A DNA stretch of 64,000 nt. It comes from Dimorphilus gyrociliatus. Taxonomy: Eukaryota; Animalia; Annelida. Below are positions 13,393 to 27,271 of the stretch, piece after piece. Under the pieces are notes generated by a model. It was not told the DNA's origin and did not search any database. It was given only the letters and a program-made list of their open reading frames with translations. Each line of letters starts with the position of its first letter. Positions within the stretch are counted from its first letter, which is position 1. Location of the stretch: assembly GCA_904063045.1 (NCBI GenBank), contig CAJFCJ010000014.1, forward strand, positions 1,795,643 to 1,859,642, in the 5' to 3' direction. The position numbers and the translations under genes were made by a program.

Positions 13393-13916
13393 CCTTAATT
13401 ATCCCTTAACAATTATTCAACAGTTGTTGTATGTACCTGTATAGAGGACAAAAAATTGGCTGACTTGAAGTAATAGGCCTAAAGACTTTTACAGTAACAG
13501 TCTAACAGATAGTATTGTGCTGGTTTTTTTTGAGTAGTTTTCACCTTTTCTGATTGATATGCAAATTTCTATAAATACAATATGCATAATTTTCATACAT
13601 ACATAAAATATGAATATTTATTAATTAATAAAATCAATCAACACAATTTTATAGCGAGTTATGGTACAGGTATTCCTGTAATTTACTTAGAATATAGTCA
13701 TGTAAACAAGGCAAAAAGAAATCTTTAATATATACCTGCTTTAAAAAACTATTGTGAAAAATATCGTAGAGATATTATGATAACGATATTTATCTACTAC
13801 AAATACCGGTTAACAATTGTTTATAAGCGTTTGACTGTCTATCGTTGCGCTGAAAAAGGCCTTAGATGATAAAACAAAACTATGCAACCAGAATAAAATC
13901 TAACTGCATGAATCAT

Positions 13917-13933
13917 CCCGCTAGATGGCGCTA
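13917..13933 (+). promoter_or_regulatory. CTCF-consensus-like site CCCGCTAGATGGCGCTA
   Basis: Near-perfect match to CCRSYAGRKGGCRS, lying between the rhomboid 5' end and the NDUFAF1 3' end. Confidence 0.6.
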
Positions 13934-14072
13934 TGGACAATAAAACCATACTTCTATTATTTTTAACTATGTATAAATATAATATCAAAATTTTAAGTTT
14001 ATTGAACAAGTAAACAAAGATAATGACGATGATGATGATAGTATGAATGAATTTTTACTATTTCAATTAGTC

Positions 14073-15075
14073 TTAGTATAACATATTTGTATCAACGTAG
14101 TACATTTCATAGTGGAATTCTTCTTTATGAGTTTCGTCTCGTAAGATACCAACAAAGTCTATTTCTAAATTAAATTCACCTTTAAATCTATCTGAAGCAG
14201 TAATTGCTAGATATTTAATTCTTTCTCTATCTATTTTTTGTTGTTTATCTTGTATCCGTCCTTTAGATGCTAAGAAGAATTTACTAAAAGGAATCTGATT
14301 GGGTAAAAAATAATAGAAATTTTTAAATAAATCAACTTTATTCAACTTCAAATGCTTATTTTACCTTTGCTATTTGCCAATATGGACCACCTCGTGTAAA
14401 GAGTGGGTATTGATAGACGTCATTCCATTGAATGTCGAAATATCTGTCCATTGCTAATACTAGTGAATAGGCTCTTCCATCACCACGAACTTTTAATAAT
14501 AAATGAGTGTAATCCGACCAATCATATGGTTTTTGACGTTTAAATGATTTCATATTTACAGGTGCTCTAATATTAGCATAACCTGCATTTTTTGTATGAC
14601 CATCATCTGGAACATCTATATCTAGAAAGCCTCTAAATAGCGCTGTTTCGTTTTCTGTTTTTAATATCTCAGCTTTACTTTTTCCCTCGAGTAAATCAGA
14701 GTCACATGTTACTAACCAATCCTTTACATCGTCCTCGTCGAATCTCCAAAGAACCTATTAAAAAAGAATCTTGACTGAGTAAAGAAAGTAGGGGGAACGT
14801 ATATGAAAAATTACTTCATAGTCTCCATGATTTAGAGGAAAAATATGTTTTAGTTTTAGATTGTCTTGCCACTCTTTGGCAAATTTTTTACACTCGGGAA
14901 GAATCATAGGAAGACCTTTTTTGACTGCATTCCCTAAAGTTAAGGATTGAGTTGTTTTATCCGAGTAACCTCCTTTCCTATCAGCCTCGTAAAAAGCAGT
15001 GCATCGTTGCTCCCTAGATAATCCTAAGGTAGATTTTAAAAAAGACCTTGATAATCTACGAAGAGGAGCTGTCAT
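14073..15075 (-). CDS. NDUFAF1: Complex I assembly factor CIA30; start codon uncertain
   Basis: LLLKVRGDGRAY, LFTRGGPYWQIAK|IPFSKFFLASKGRIQDKQ, FNLEIDFVG. Presequence-like N-terminus MTAPLRRLSRSFLKS. Confidence 0.93.
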
Positions 15076-15453
15076 ATTCCTATTATAGTGTAAGAGATTA
15101 GAATAATCAATTTGAAACCATGCTTGAAAGAAACTTCTGAAAAGTACCCTTGACCTTGAACATAGGTCTGCCTTAAAACGGAGTGGAGCTAAATGAACCA
15201 ACCAAAATATAATACAATTATCTTGTTTTGACTATAGAAACGCATGGATTAGAAATTTATGTTTAGTTCTTTTTATGCACTACGAACAGTAAAAAACTGA
15301 ATATTTTCTTTGAGTCGTTAAGGGGAAAACTTGATTTTGTTAAAATTTTCATAAATCTAGATTTTCCTTTTTGGCAATGAAAAAATGAAATTTAGTTAAA
15401 GAAATAAAGTATTTTATTATGAGTTATATTTCAAAATATAAACACTACAAGAG

Positions 15454-16688
15454 CTATGCGGTGTCCATTTCTTCTGTTTTCTTCTCTTTTACATCGACAA
15501 CATCAAAACTGATTTTCTTTACTTTCTCTTCCAAAATAGCTGTAGTTCCTTTAGGGTATTGATAAACACCTTGTCTCTTTCCCTTCTCGTTAGCCTGATC
15601 GAAAGGTCTTAGATAGTCTGTCCTATCTTTTGTTATAACACATAGATCCACATATGAACCTGATCCCAAATCGTTAAAAATACCAGCAGCAATTGCATCG
15701 CGTACTAGTTTCATTGCTTCTGCTCTCTCCATATCTGGCTTATAACCTAATGAAAATAGTCATGTAGTTAGGAGTTTCTATCATTGTAGATTTTTTGTTA
15801 TGTAATGTATACCTTGTTCGAAAACAGCCATTGCAGCTAAAGATCCCGAACCCATTGTTACAAATGGTAGCACAGATGAAGATCCATGAGGATAAATACA
15901 AGACAAGTGGGGTCCGGTAACATCAACACCACCAAGTACTAAGGCAGCACTGATGTGTCCTTGGTAGCGGAAAAGCATCTGACGAAGAGCTCGGTTAACT
16001 GTTGCAAAACGGACCTGGCGACCAGTGTTCAAGCGATGCAATTCCATTTGTGAAGAAACCATTTTAGTTGTCTTTTCCGTATCGGCGGCTGTACCAGCAC
16101 CGCAGCAACTAGAATATAAGAATCATAATGTACCAGAGTTGATTCAATCAGATATCATTCAAACATTTTTTCAAAATAATATGAGCGATTGTCAGGTTGT
16201 CAGATATAAAGTACGAAAAGTAATGCATTTTATACTTACTAAACATTAGGCTGGATATAGTGAATTTTTTCGCAGTTCTTTTCGGCTACGATAGTATCTT
16301 CGGTAGCTCTTGTGTCGGCACCGAGAACAACTCCATCCTAAATAAAAGAACTTTAGAACAACATCTTGGACTTAGTGCGCCAATTTACCTTAAAGATCAC
16401 TCCAGCAATGGTCGTACCAGTCTTCAGAGCCTTCGGAGCCTTTAATCCTTTACCTTCCAACAATCTATTTCTGTTTGTAATAGAGCGATATTTAGAATTT
16501 TTTTGAATAGTGCTGAGTCAGATGAGGTAAAAGAGAGTTTAACAAGCTTGATCAAAATTTTACAAACTTCACTATACCATTTAAAATAATACTTTGCTTG
16601 ATGGTTTTTCAAAATATACAATTTACCTTATACAATTGTCGAAATTGAAACCGCTTTTCGGTAACTCTTCTGCTAACGCTGCTGCCAT
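15454..16688 (-). CDS. PSMB7: 20S proteasome subunit beta-2 (beta type-7)
   Basis: Propeptide [22 protein letters not shown]|TTIAG catalytic Thr, [51 protein letters not shown]. Confidence 0.97.
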
Positions 16689-17093
16689 TTTGGGTGCTAC
16701 TACTATTTAGTTTTTGCTTATTTTCGTATATATAAAAATTATCGATATTTCAATACAGTTTAATTCCTATGAAATTTTTATTGAAATTTTGTAATTTATA
16801 AGTTTAGAGAAAGATTTTGTTTAGCATAATTTTATATTCACTGCTCCTCTGATATTTCCCTGACGACCATATAAAGCATCCTCTTGGATATATTATTTTT
16901 CTCTTAAAGTAAGATTTTAGCGTTATTATCATTATCAACAAGGGTAATTATACAGCTAGTGATGTACGACACAACCATTAACAAATCAACAAACAGTAAC
17001 ATCAATGCGGGGGAAATAATAACTATTAAAATTTTCTCACTTATATGTTTACAACCATAGTCTGTTATCTTGAAGGTTTTCAACAAAATCAAA

Positions 17094-18885
17094 ATGGTTA
17101 AGAAAAAGACAAGGAAGGGATCATCGAGAAAGTTGAATAAAATGTCAGAAGAAGATCGAATTCTGGTTTTAGAGCAACAAAGATTAGCAGAGGAAGAAAT
17201 GAGAAAGAAAAAAGAAAACGATTTAGCGAAATTCTTAAAAGTAATTAATTCACTATTTTGAATATAAAATCCATTATTATTATTAAATATTAATAATAAA
17301 ATAGCACAAGTTAATGCAAGAAGAAAAGGCAACAAAATTTAATTTAAACAAATTGAATCATCAATGGAGAAATATTATGAGAGAGGCAAAATCAAAAGAA
17401 TTGAAAAAAGATATTGAAATACTTAGCCAAACATTCGAACGAGTTGTCGATAGAAAAGAAAGTGTTATAAAAGCTTTGGCAAAAGATCTGGAAGAGGCCG
17501 ATGAACAATATCTACTAGCTTTAAGAAAACATTTGTCAAATGTTGATAATCTAATGGATTTACAATATAAACGTATAAACAAATTGAGAGAAGAATTTGA
17601 AGATGAACAGAAAACACTGATGACTGAGTTTGATAGCGAAAGATCCCTAATTGATACAGAATTCAATCAACAGATGAGAGACTTAAACGATATACTATTT
17701 GCAATGGAAATGAATTTCAATGAACAAGAGGAATTTGCAAGGAACGAATTCCAGTCTAATATGGATGAAATAAAGAACAGAGTAAGTTATCTTCTCCTTT
17801 ACATTACTCAACTTGTAATAAATGCTAAAGAATATTATAATACATTCTATCACAGAATATTGAAGAAACTCATGCACTAAAAGCGCAATTGGATAGTGCT
17901 GGTAAAAATCTCCTCGATCAGATGCACTTGGCCATAAACAACTACAAAGAAACAACTGACGAAAGGAAGAAAGCATTTGAAGAATTGAAGAGAAAAGATG
18001 AAAATTCTGCAAGCGAAATTGATACACAAATGAGAAAAATACAAAGAATATCTGACTCAATAGCTCAATTAAAAGCAAAAATGGCTGCAAATGCAAAAGA
18101 AAGCGAAGAAGCAAATAGGGAATTGAAAGAGGTATATTTTCAATGATAGTTTTCAAGGTTATTTGCACTTTTATATATAATTATCTCTATCTTTTTAAGG
18201 AAAAGGAAATTATGGTCAGACATTTTCAAATTCTAAAGGGAAAAATGAACGAAATGAGAGGCAATCAACACGAGCGTCTTAAAGATTTGACCATACAAAG
18301 TCAGGATGCAATTTCTAAGCTTAAAGAACAATTAGCAATGGTAAATTAATAAAGCCAAACAAAACAAAGTTTGAAAGAGTATTCTATTAATTTTTAAATT
18401 AATCTTAGGGTGAAAAACTACTGAAGCAGGCTGAAATTTGTAGAAAATTAGAAACTGAGCAGGAAAAAGTTTTACCATTCTACGCTTCATCGTTGAACGA
18501 AGAAGAGAAAGAAGATATTGAAGAAGCCATGAAAGAAGAATTAAATAACGAATTTGCAGAAGTATTCCGTCTCTATCTTCCGTTAGAAGGATTTTGGAAA
18601 CGCTACAATAAATCTCTACTTGATAAATGTGCATTAGATAGAGAAAAGGCTGATCTTTCTCTAGAGAATCAACAATTAAGAACTCTTTTGAAATCATATC
18701 TTGATGGTATTTCGGTAAATGATGAAATACTATCAAACGTAAATCCCTTATTTGTTGTGAACCATAAATCAAATGTAAATATGAATGTACCAGTTAGAGA
18801 CAACCGTGTTGCAAGAAAACCCCATCAACAGCAAATTATCCATTCAAATATGGGAGGAGGAGCAGGAGGACAAATTCCAAATTAG
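17094..18885 (+). CDS. CCDC65: Dynein regulatory complex subunit 2 (coiled-coil protein 65)
   Basis: MSEEDRILVLEQQRLAEEE, HQWRNIMREAKSKELKKDIEILSQTFERVVDRKESVIKAL, FWKRYNK, LLKSYLDGISVNDEIL...NPLFVVN; in-frame exon joins. Confidence 0.92.
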
Positions 18886-19496
18886 ATTCTTAAATAAATC
18901 TTATATTATAATATATCTATTTAAATATTTTAATATTCATAATTTGAAAAAATGATAATAATACAAATTTTGAAAATTATACGCCACTTTTCATTCAATT
19001 TTCAATTCTCTTAATATTTATAATGTAAGAACAACAAAAAGAATAAAAAACAGTTAATTTATATAATCAACTAAAGAGGTATTTCATAGTTTAAATATAG
19101 ATATATGTAATTATTTGTTTGTTATCTATGACCACTTCCTTTTACCATGGTAATTAATTTTATGCTTGTCTTATCTTTATCATTGAAATTATTGCTTTGT
19201 CGATGTTGCTTGAGTCGAATAAGATATTAAAAGATTATTTTTTCTTGATTATGAAATATATTTTATAATTTCTTTTATTTCCTAATATGGTATTGCTATT
19301 TAAAAATTAAGTCATTGACAGATAACACAATAGCAATTGCTACGAATTTCAAGTTAAAATTATATTCTTCAAAACTAAAAAAAATACATCAGAGACCTCT
19401 AGCCGTGAGAAGAAAATATTATCTGGAGTATAAATAGCACTTTCTTAATTAGACGATTTAGAACACTGGGGCATAGGTCTCTAACAAGCATACATA

Positions 19497-22400
19497 ATGA
19501 CTAAAAGCTATCAAATTGAGCAAATATCTGACTCTTCAACGACTAGTAATAATAATTATTAAATTTATACCAGCTTATTTTACTTATGACTTATAATCAG
19601 CAGATATGTACCAGAATTCTCCCATTCAGAACGACAATGAGAAACCCGTAGATACATTGGAGAAAAAGGATGAGAAAGAGGAGAAAAAGAAAGAAAAAGC
19701 CGTCTCCATCACTGAATTGGTTAGTTAGGCGAATATTAATTAAATAATATAATATGATTACCATTTCCTGTTAATATAACGTCTCTCTTTTCTAAACAGT
19801 ACCGTTACGCGACTACAAACGATAAATTAATACTCTTTTTAGGAGTATTTTGTGGTCTTGGTTCAGGTGCCTTGCAACCTGTTATGTTTCTTTTCTTTGG
19901 AGAAATGACCAATTCGTTTATGAATGTTGAACCCGTGAACGGTACAATAAGTGACGAGATGAGGGAACAACTAATGGAGAAATTAATGAAGGATATGAAA
20001 AAATTTTCTATTTATTACGTTGGTTTTGGAGCGGCTAGTTTTATATTGAGCTATGCACAATTTGCTTGTTTCCTGAGCGTTTCCTATAGAATTGCTTATA
20101 AAATTCGAGTTGCACTATTTGGTAACATAATTCATCAAGAAATTTCATGGTACGATACAAACGATACTGGAGAATTGAACACAAGATTAACAGAGTAAGA
20201 AAAGTAAAAAATTATTTTTTAGTAGAAAAAACAAAGAAAGATAAGACCTATAAAAGATCATTTACCTTATTTTATCTTTAAACCTACCTGTACTTAATGA
20301 TATAAAGAACGCTCATTTTAGATCATGTGATGAAATAGTCAGCAAATAGGATATATATGCATAGTGGGTACTTTAGATACATTAGAAAGCAGATATTTAA
20401 ATAATAATGTAGTAGTAATTATAAATTATAGAGTAATAGAATAACTAGTCAGTTTTCTTGTGAGAGTGTTTACGATATCATAACACATTACAGATATCAT
20501 AAGTAAAACGGTAGGTTATCATCTAATAGGCCTATTCATTCTTTAAGGCTTTAGCTATGTAGGATGTCAGGTTATCAATAACTTTAACTTGATATGAAAG
20601 CTGTTTTGTTGCGCAATACACTAAGTATATTTTTTTAAAGATAGGCCTTATTTGGCTTTTATTACTTGATTTAATAATTTGTTATAAATTTCTATATTAG
20701 CGATGTTAATAAAATACAAGAAGGAATTGGCGATAAAGTTGGAATGATATTTCAAAGTCTTGCAATGTTTATTGGAGGTTTCTCCATCGGATTTGCAAAA
20801 GGATGGAAATTAACGCTAGTTATTTTAGCTATAAGTCCAGTTTTAGCTATAATGGGTGGTATTACCGCAAAGGTATACATACTTATCATTAATAATTAAC
20901 TAATTTAATATTTGTTTAATAATCTACGCTAATCCATAGATTATGGGTCTTTTAACGAAAAAAGAGTTAGGGGCCTATGCAAAAGCGGGCTCAGTTGCTG
21001 AGGAGGTTATAAGTTCAATAAGAACCGTAATGGCTTTTAGCGGTCAAAAGAAGGAAATAACAAGATATGAGAAAAACTTGGTGCAAGCTAAAGATTTCGG
21101 TATTCGAAAAGGGATTATTACTGGCAGTCTTATGGGATCATTTAATGTAATCATTTTTGGTATGATGGCTTTAGCTTTTTGGTTTGGAGGTAAATTAGTT
21201 AGAGACGATAATTTCGAACCTGGAAACATCCTTACCGTTTTCTTTGCGGTTGTCATAGCAGCTTTTTCACTTGGAATGCTGGTAAGAAATTTTTTTCATT
21301 TAGTTATTTAAACGATAAACTGAAATTTACACAATGTACTCTATAAAACACAGGGGCCCAATATTGAAGCTTTAACGACAGCGAGAGGAGCGGCTTATGT
21401 TGTCTTTGATCTAATTGATAGACAGTCAAAAATTAATAGTGATTCTACTGTTGGGTCAAAGCCAAAAATTTATGGCAATATTGAATTTCGAGATGTAAAA
21501 TTTAAATATCCATCGCGTCCTGATGTTCAAGTCCTAAATGGAATTAATATTAAGGTTGAACCTGGTAAAACGTTAGCTTTTGTTGGTAGTAGTGGCTGTG
21601 GTAAATCGACGACTGTGCAATTAATTCAACGTTTCTACGATTGTGAAGAGGGGCAAATTTTAATTGATGGCACAGATATAAAAGAAATAAACGTTGAATG
21701 GCTGAGAAAAAATATAGGTGTCGTTTCTCAAGAACCAATTTTATTTGATTGCTCTATTGAAGAAAATATACGATTGGGAAGAGATGACGTCACTGAAGAA
21801 GAAATTAGAAAAGCTGCTAAAGATGCAAATGCCTATGATTTCATTAAAAAACTTCCAAAGCAATTTAATACTTTAGTAGGAGAAAGAGGCGCTCAGTTAT
21901 CTGGCGGTCAGAAGCAGAGAATAGCTATAGCTAGAGCACTTGTTCGTCAACCAGTTATTCTACTGTTAGATGAAGCCACATCGGCGTTAGATATGGAGAG
22001 TGAAGCTGTTGTGCAAGATGCCTTAAATAAAGCTTCTGCCGGTAGAACGACTATTGTCATTGCTCATAGATTATCAACGATTAAGACAGCTAACAGGATA
22101 TGTGCTTTTGAAGGTGGTAGAATTGTTGAAGAAGGAACTCATTCAGAATTGATGGAAATGGAGGATGGAATATATCACAAATTAGTATCAACTCAGCAAA
22201 ACAAAACAGATGAACAAGTATGTGTATTTTTTTTCCTTGTTGTACAAATCTTAATTAAATGGTTCGTAATAGGAAGAAGAAACAGTTTCTCTCGATAGTT
22301 ACTCTCACGAAAAACGTAGACGATTTAGCAGCATAAGTACTATTAGTGGAGGCAGTACGAGAATGAAACATCCAACGTCCCTTCTCTCCTATGGTAGTGT

Positions 22401-24456
22401 AACACCAAGCATGCACGATGCTCAAAAGTTGGAAACAACGGATGAAGAGGAGTTAGGATCACCTTCTCTAGGTAGGATTTTCAGACTGAATTCTCCTGAA
22501 ATTAATTGGATTATTTTGGGTTGTGTTGGAGCTCTTGGTGTTGGTTCTGTTCAACCTGCGTTCGCTGTGATATTCGGAGATATTCTTAAAGTACTTACAA
22601 AGCCTAAGGATCAACAAGCTAAAGACATTGCTTTCTATTGTGGAATGTTTGTTGTCATGGGAGTTGGATCGGGTATTATGAAATTTTTGCAAGACTCTGC
22701 CCTAGGGGTCTCCGGTGGACGCTTAACAATGAGACTGAGAAAATTAACTTTCACCGCCTTTATGAAACAGGATATACCCTATTACGATAAACCTCAAAAT
22801 TCGACTGGAGCATTGACCACAAGACTTGCAACCGATGCCTCAGCAGTACAGGGAGCAACTGGATCTCGTTTAGGTATAATAATTCAAAGTTTTGGCACAT
22901 TAGGAATTGGTATTATTCTCGGTTTCGTGTATAATTGGAAATTAACTTTAGTCCTTCTGGCATTTGTCCCTTTCCTCATTCTTGGAGGTTCTATGGAAAT
23001 GGTTGTAATGATGGGAATACAAGGAAAATCTAATAAAAATTTAGAAGAAGCCGGCAAAATATCAACTCAATGTATAGAAAATATTCGTACAGTCGCTCAA
23101 TTATGTAAAGAGAAGTACTTTAAGAGGGTTTACTACAATTTCCTTGGATTGAATCACAAGAGCAAAGTAATTTGTAATTGTTATTCTCTTTAATTTTAGA
23201 TAAATAATCGGTTGTATTGCATTTTTACAGATGAAAAAAATCCATTTAATTGGCTTAGGTTTTGGTCTTAGTCAATCAGTTTTCTTCTTCGCCTTTGCTG
23301 CTTGTTTTACGTTTGGAGCACATCTCATTAAGGTAGACGGAGAAAATTTTCAGAATGTATTCAAAGTATTCTCTGCTGTTGCTTTCGGTGCTCAAGCTAT
23401 TGGTGAAGTTGCGTCATTTGCTCCGAATTATGGAAAAGCTAAAGTGGCTGCTGCTAGGCTATTTAAGCTATTTGACAGAGTGCCGGGTATTGATAGCTTC
23501 TCACCAGATGGCATGCGACCTAAGGAAACTAACGGTGTTGTTGAATTCAAGGCTGTTCGATTTAATTATCCAACAAGACCTGATTTGCCCGTATTAAGGG
23601 GTTTAAATATAAAAGTGGAGACCGGTCAAACTTTAGCTTTGGTCGGCAGTAGTGGATGCGGTAAAAGTACAACAATTTCCCTACTCGAAAGATTCTATAA
23701 TCCACTATCTGGTTCTGTGGTAAGTTATTGCAGAAAGAAAGACATTTTTACCGAACCATTGTTAAAAATGTTGATAATTTTTAGACTATAGACGGTTTAG
23801 AAATCAGTTCGCTTAATATCGAATGGGCCAGACAACAAATGGGTTTAGTCCAACAAGAGCCAATACTCTTCGATTGTACAATTGGTGAAAATATAGCTTA
23901 TGGGGATAATTCGAGAGTAGTTAGTCAGAATGAAATTATAGAAGCTGCTCAAAAGGCGAATATTCACAATTTCATATGTTCTCTACCAAATGTATGATAA
24001 AATTTTCATTTCTATAAGATTTTTCAAATATTTCTCAATGTCCTAAAGGGTTACGAAACACCTGTTGGAGATAAAGGTACTCAATTGTCAGGTGGCCAAA
24101 AGCAGCGCGTGGCTATAGCTAGAGCCTTAATTAGAGATCCAAAAATATTGTAAGTTTTGCTGTTTCTTTGTCTATCTATCGCTTTTACAATCTATTACCT
24201 AACATTTAGATTGCTTGACGAAGCAACGTCTGCTCTAGATACCGAAAGTGAAGCGGTTGTACAAGAAGCGTTAGATAGAGCTCGAGAAGGTCGAACTTGC
24301 ATAACAATCGCTCATCGCCTTAGTACCATAAAGAATGCTGATGTAATTGTTGTTATATCTGAAGGAAAAGTTTCAGAAATCGGAACACATCAAGAGTTAA
24401 TGGATGCACAAAAATTTTATTACAAACTTGTACAAACTCAACAGAGACCTCACTAA
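19497..24456 (+). CDS. ABCB1: Full-length ABC transporter subfamily B (P-glycoprotein/MDR1-like); start at 19497 or 19606
   Basis: TMD-NBD-TMD-NBD layout. Both NBDs have Walker [10 protein letters not shown], signature LSGGQKQR, Walker [12 protein letters not shown] and H-loop IAHRLSTI. Orthology within the ABCB1/4/5/11 clade is not resolved. Confidence 0.93.
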
Positions 24457-25424
24457 GATGACCTTAATATTACAATTCCCTCCATTTTTCTCTCATACTT
24501 ATATATATATATATATACTGCATTAAACATATCAGCAAGAAAGCGATAATATAAAAATTGACGAATTAAAAACATTTCTATATACTGTTTATATTTTTTT
24601 ATATATTGGATAATAAAACATTTATAAAAAAAACATTATTCACATATATCTTCCCTTTTCAATGACGTCATCGTCACTAAAGTGCGATCACTTTTTTTTA
24701 GGTTGTATTCATGAATTAAACATAAACTGTCTCTGTGTGTGTGTATGTATGTTTTTTGTACTTTTATTAAGTTTACTTTAGCATTTAAATAAGAGAGATA
24801 ACAATATAGTTTTACTATCCTTAAATATCCCGTTTTTTTTCTAGTAAGTATTGACTGATTACGGTGTTTCAAATGCTTATACTGTTCTCTTAAAAGTTAT
24901 AAAAAGTAATAAATTTGTAAAAGTTCTTAAATGGAAGTTGAACAAATCGAGGTATTTGAAAACAAGTGAAGAGTTGATGAATGATATGTAAAGCAGTATT
25001 TACATTATATATTACTAATATTATATATATTTTATGAAAATAGCTGAAAATAACTGCTAAGAAATAAAAAAGAAACATAAATTAAATAAAGGTTTAAAAG
25101 CAAAAAAAAAAGAAGCTGTAGGCAAATATTTTATTGTAGAAATGTAATCTCATGCTTTTAAATATAAGTCTCCATTATTTTCGTACGATAACGTTCATAC
25201 ACGCTATAGCACATACCAAATATCACATTACAAGATTCATATGCTGTTAAACAACTAATGCAAACAGAGGAAGAAAAAAAGTATTAATGTTCAAAATATG
25301 CAAAATAAGCGAAAAAGAAAAGAAAAGGAAGTACATTTTCTACATATTATACATATGTAATATACTGTATATTATCTATATAAAATTATGTTAAAAAAGA
25401 ATTACAGGGTAAAAGGCTTGCAAA

Positions 25425-26548
25425 TTAAACCCTTCTTGATCGACTACTTATCCATTTTGCTTTTTGTGCATTTATGTCTGATTTCATTGTGCATGCAAAA
25501 CATATAGCCAAAATCTGTAAAGGATTGAGAGAAGACAGAATAGAGAAATATTTAGCAAGTTGAATAAACAAACCTGTAATACAGCTATAAATATTCCAAC
25601 ACCGGCTATAGGTATCATATTATCTTTAACCCAACTTTTAAATGTTGGAAAACAACCTTTTTTATATTCAAAATTTAGTCCTGTAGTTTCTTCTAAGGCT
25701 CCATATCCACATTGTAGATTAACGAGTTTTTTACCTTTCTCCTCCACAGAAGAGTAAGGATCTTTACAGCAAGAATACGGTACACCGCAAGATTCAAGGG
25801 CAGCGGACGAGCAATTAAAATAAATGTTATGTTCCCAGTCTTTATTGCTGTCTATTCCACAGCAACCCAACTGAAAAATTGTATTGCTATATAGTAATAC
25901 AAGTATAATTAATTAAATACCTACCCAATCCATCTGAACCCAATCTATAATATCTTGCATATCTGGATCATCTCTATATCTTTCTATATATTTCTTTAAT
26001 TTTCCTTTAACACTGTTCTCCAATTCTTCCGAATAAAGAAATATGGCTATTACTAACGCTAACTCAGTTAGAAAAATAATTAAGACCAAAACTGCGTACT
26101 GTAAAAAATAAAACAATAAACATGAATATGTATATAACAATTGATATAGTATTAAATAAAAAAAGAACAATAGTTTTTTTTAAAGTCATACCAGAATTAA
26201 CAGTACAGTATTCTCCCTCAAAGCTCCGACACATCCAAAAAATGCAATTGTAAATAATATTATGCCTACAACTACAATTATCATTGCCGGATCGAATGTT
26301 ATGTTTGTCAACGATTTAATATTTCCCATAGCGTTTTTTTCATGTATTGCCCAAGTTCCACCCGCAATAAGCGCTCCACCTAGAAGCTGTGAACAATGTA
26401 TATGTTCTATAAGCAATACTGTTCACATTTAACTTAAGAAAATTATGAATCACAAAACTAGTTTAACTACAACTAAACTTACCCAAACAATAACATTAAA
26501 ACCAAATATCAGGTATTTCATTATAAGACTAACTTCAGTTCGAGCCAT
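25425..26548 (-). CDS. Tetraspanin of the TspanC8 subgroup (TSPAN5/14/17/33-like)
   Basis: MARTEVSLIMKYLIFGFNVIVW, FFGCVGALREN, CCG, DWEHNIYFNCS, CGVPYSCC, CGY, KSDINAQKAKW; 8-Cys large extracellular loop pattern. Confidence 0.92.
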
Positions 26549-27271
26549 TTTTACTTATGAAATCAGATCTTCTCTTTAATTATTGAAAATGTAATAAAAA
26601 ATTTTTTAATGGATTCTCTTCTTTTGTATCAAAATAATGTTTCTGTTCTATAACAACCAAATCCTTTACTGAGTAGATTTATATTAGGTCAGGACACAAT
26701 GCTCTGCAGGCTTTTTCAGGTTAGGTTGTTAATTTGTGACCATGAGCTGAAGAGAATTAAATATTTAAATATAGAAGAATGATGTTATGTCTTTGCTTAC
26801 AATTTTAATGCTCGACACGAATCAGATTGATGAATAATAAGATCGTCGGGGTTTCCAATCACCCCGCTTCAAAAAAAGGTTTACTTACCAAATGCTTATG
26901 AATAGTTCAGTCAATTAATTAACAAAGAATAAACTGTGCGAAATTAATTGAAAACATTGATTTTTATCCCCTTATATATATATATATATATATATATAAC
27001 ATATATATATATATATAAGGATAAGGATACAAGAGACTGTCGTTGACTGAGAGAATAAATAGTTATATCCTGCTGGAAGCCTACGCCACCTAGATGATTT
27101 AATGCCCTGCCAATGGAAGATAAGGCGTAGCAACTACCAGTGAATAATTCACATTTCCCCGCCAGGTGGAGACTCTATCAAAAGATATTACTCTTTTCCT
27201 CGTATTAGCTATCCGGTTTATGGACCACGTGACCCTCTAGGACTGAATTTGTTGAATACCGTGGTTAACAA

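Noticed and set aside
15076-15453. Operon/trans-splicing for co-oriented close pairs (PSMB7-NDUFAF1; THOC3-MON1 at 35323-35594)
   Set aside because: Short spacing alone is expected in a compact genome and the lone AG acceptors are not diagnostic. As I recall, operons and trans-splicing were reported absent in D. gyrociliatus, the suspected source. SL-containing reads would be needed.
20197-20700. C/D snoRNA in the 500-nt ABCB1 intron (GTGATGA at ~20326)
   Set aside because: No matching CTGA D box or terminal stem at a suitable distance.
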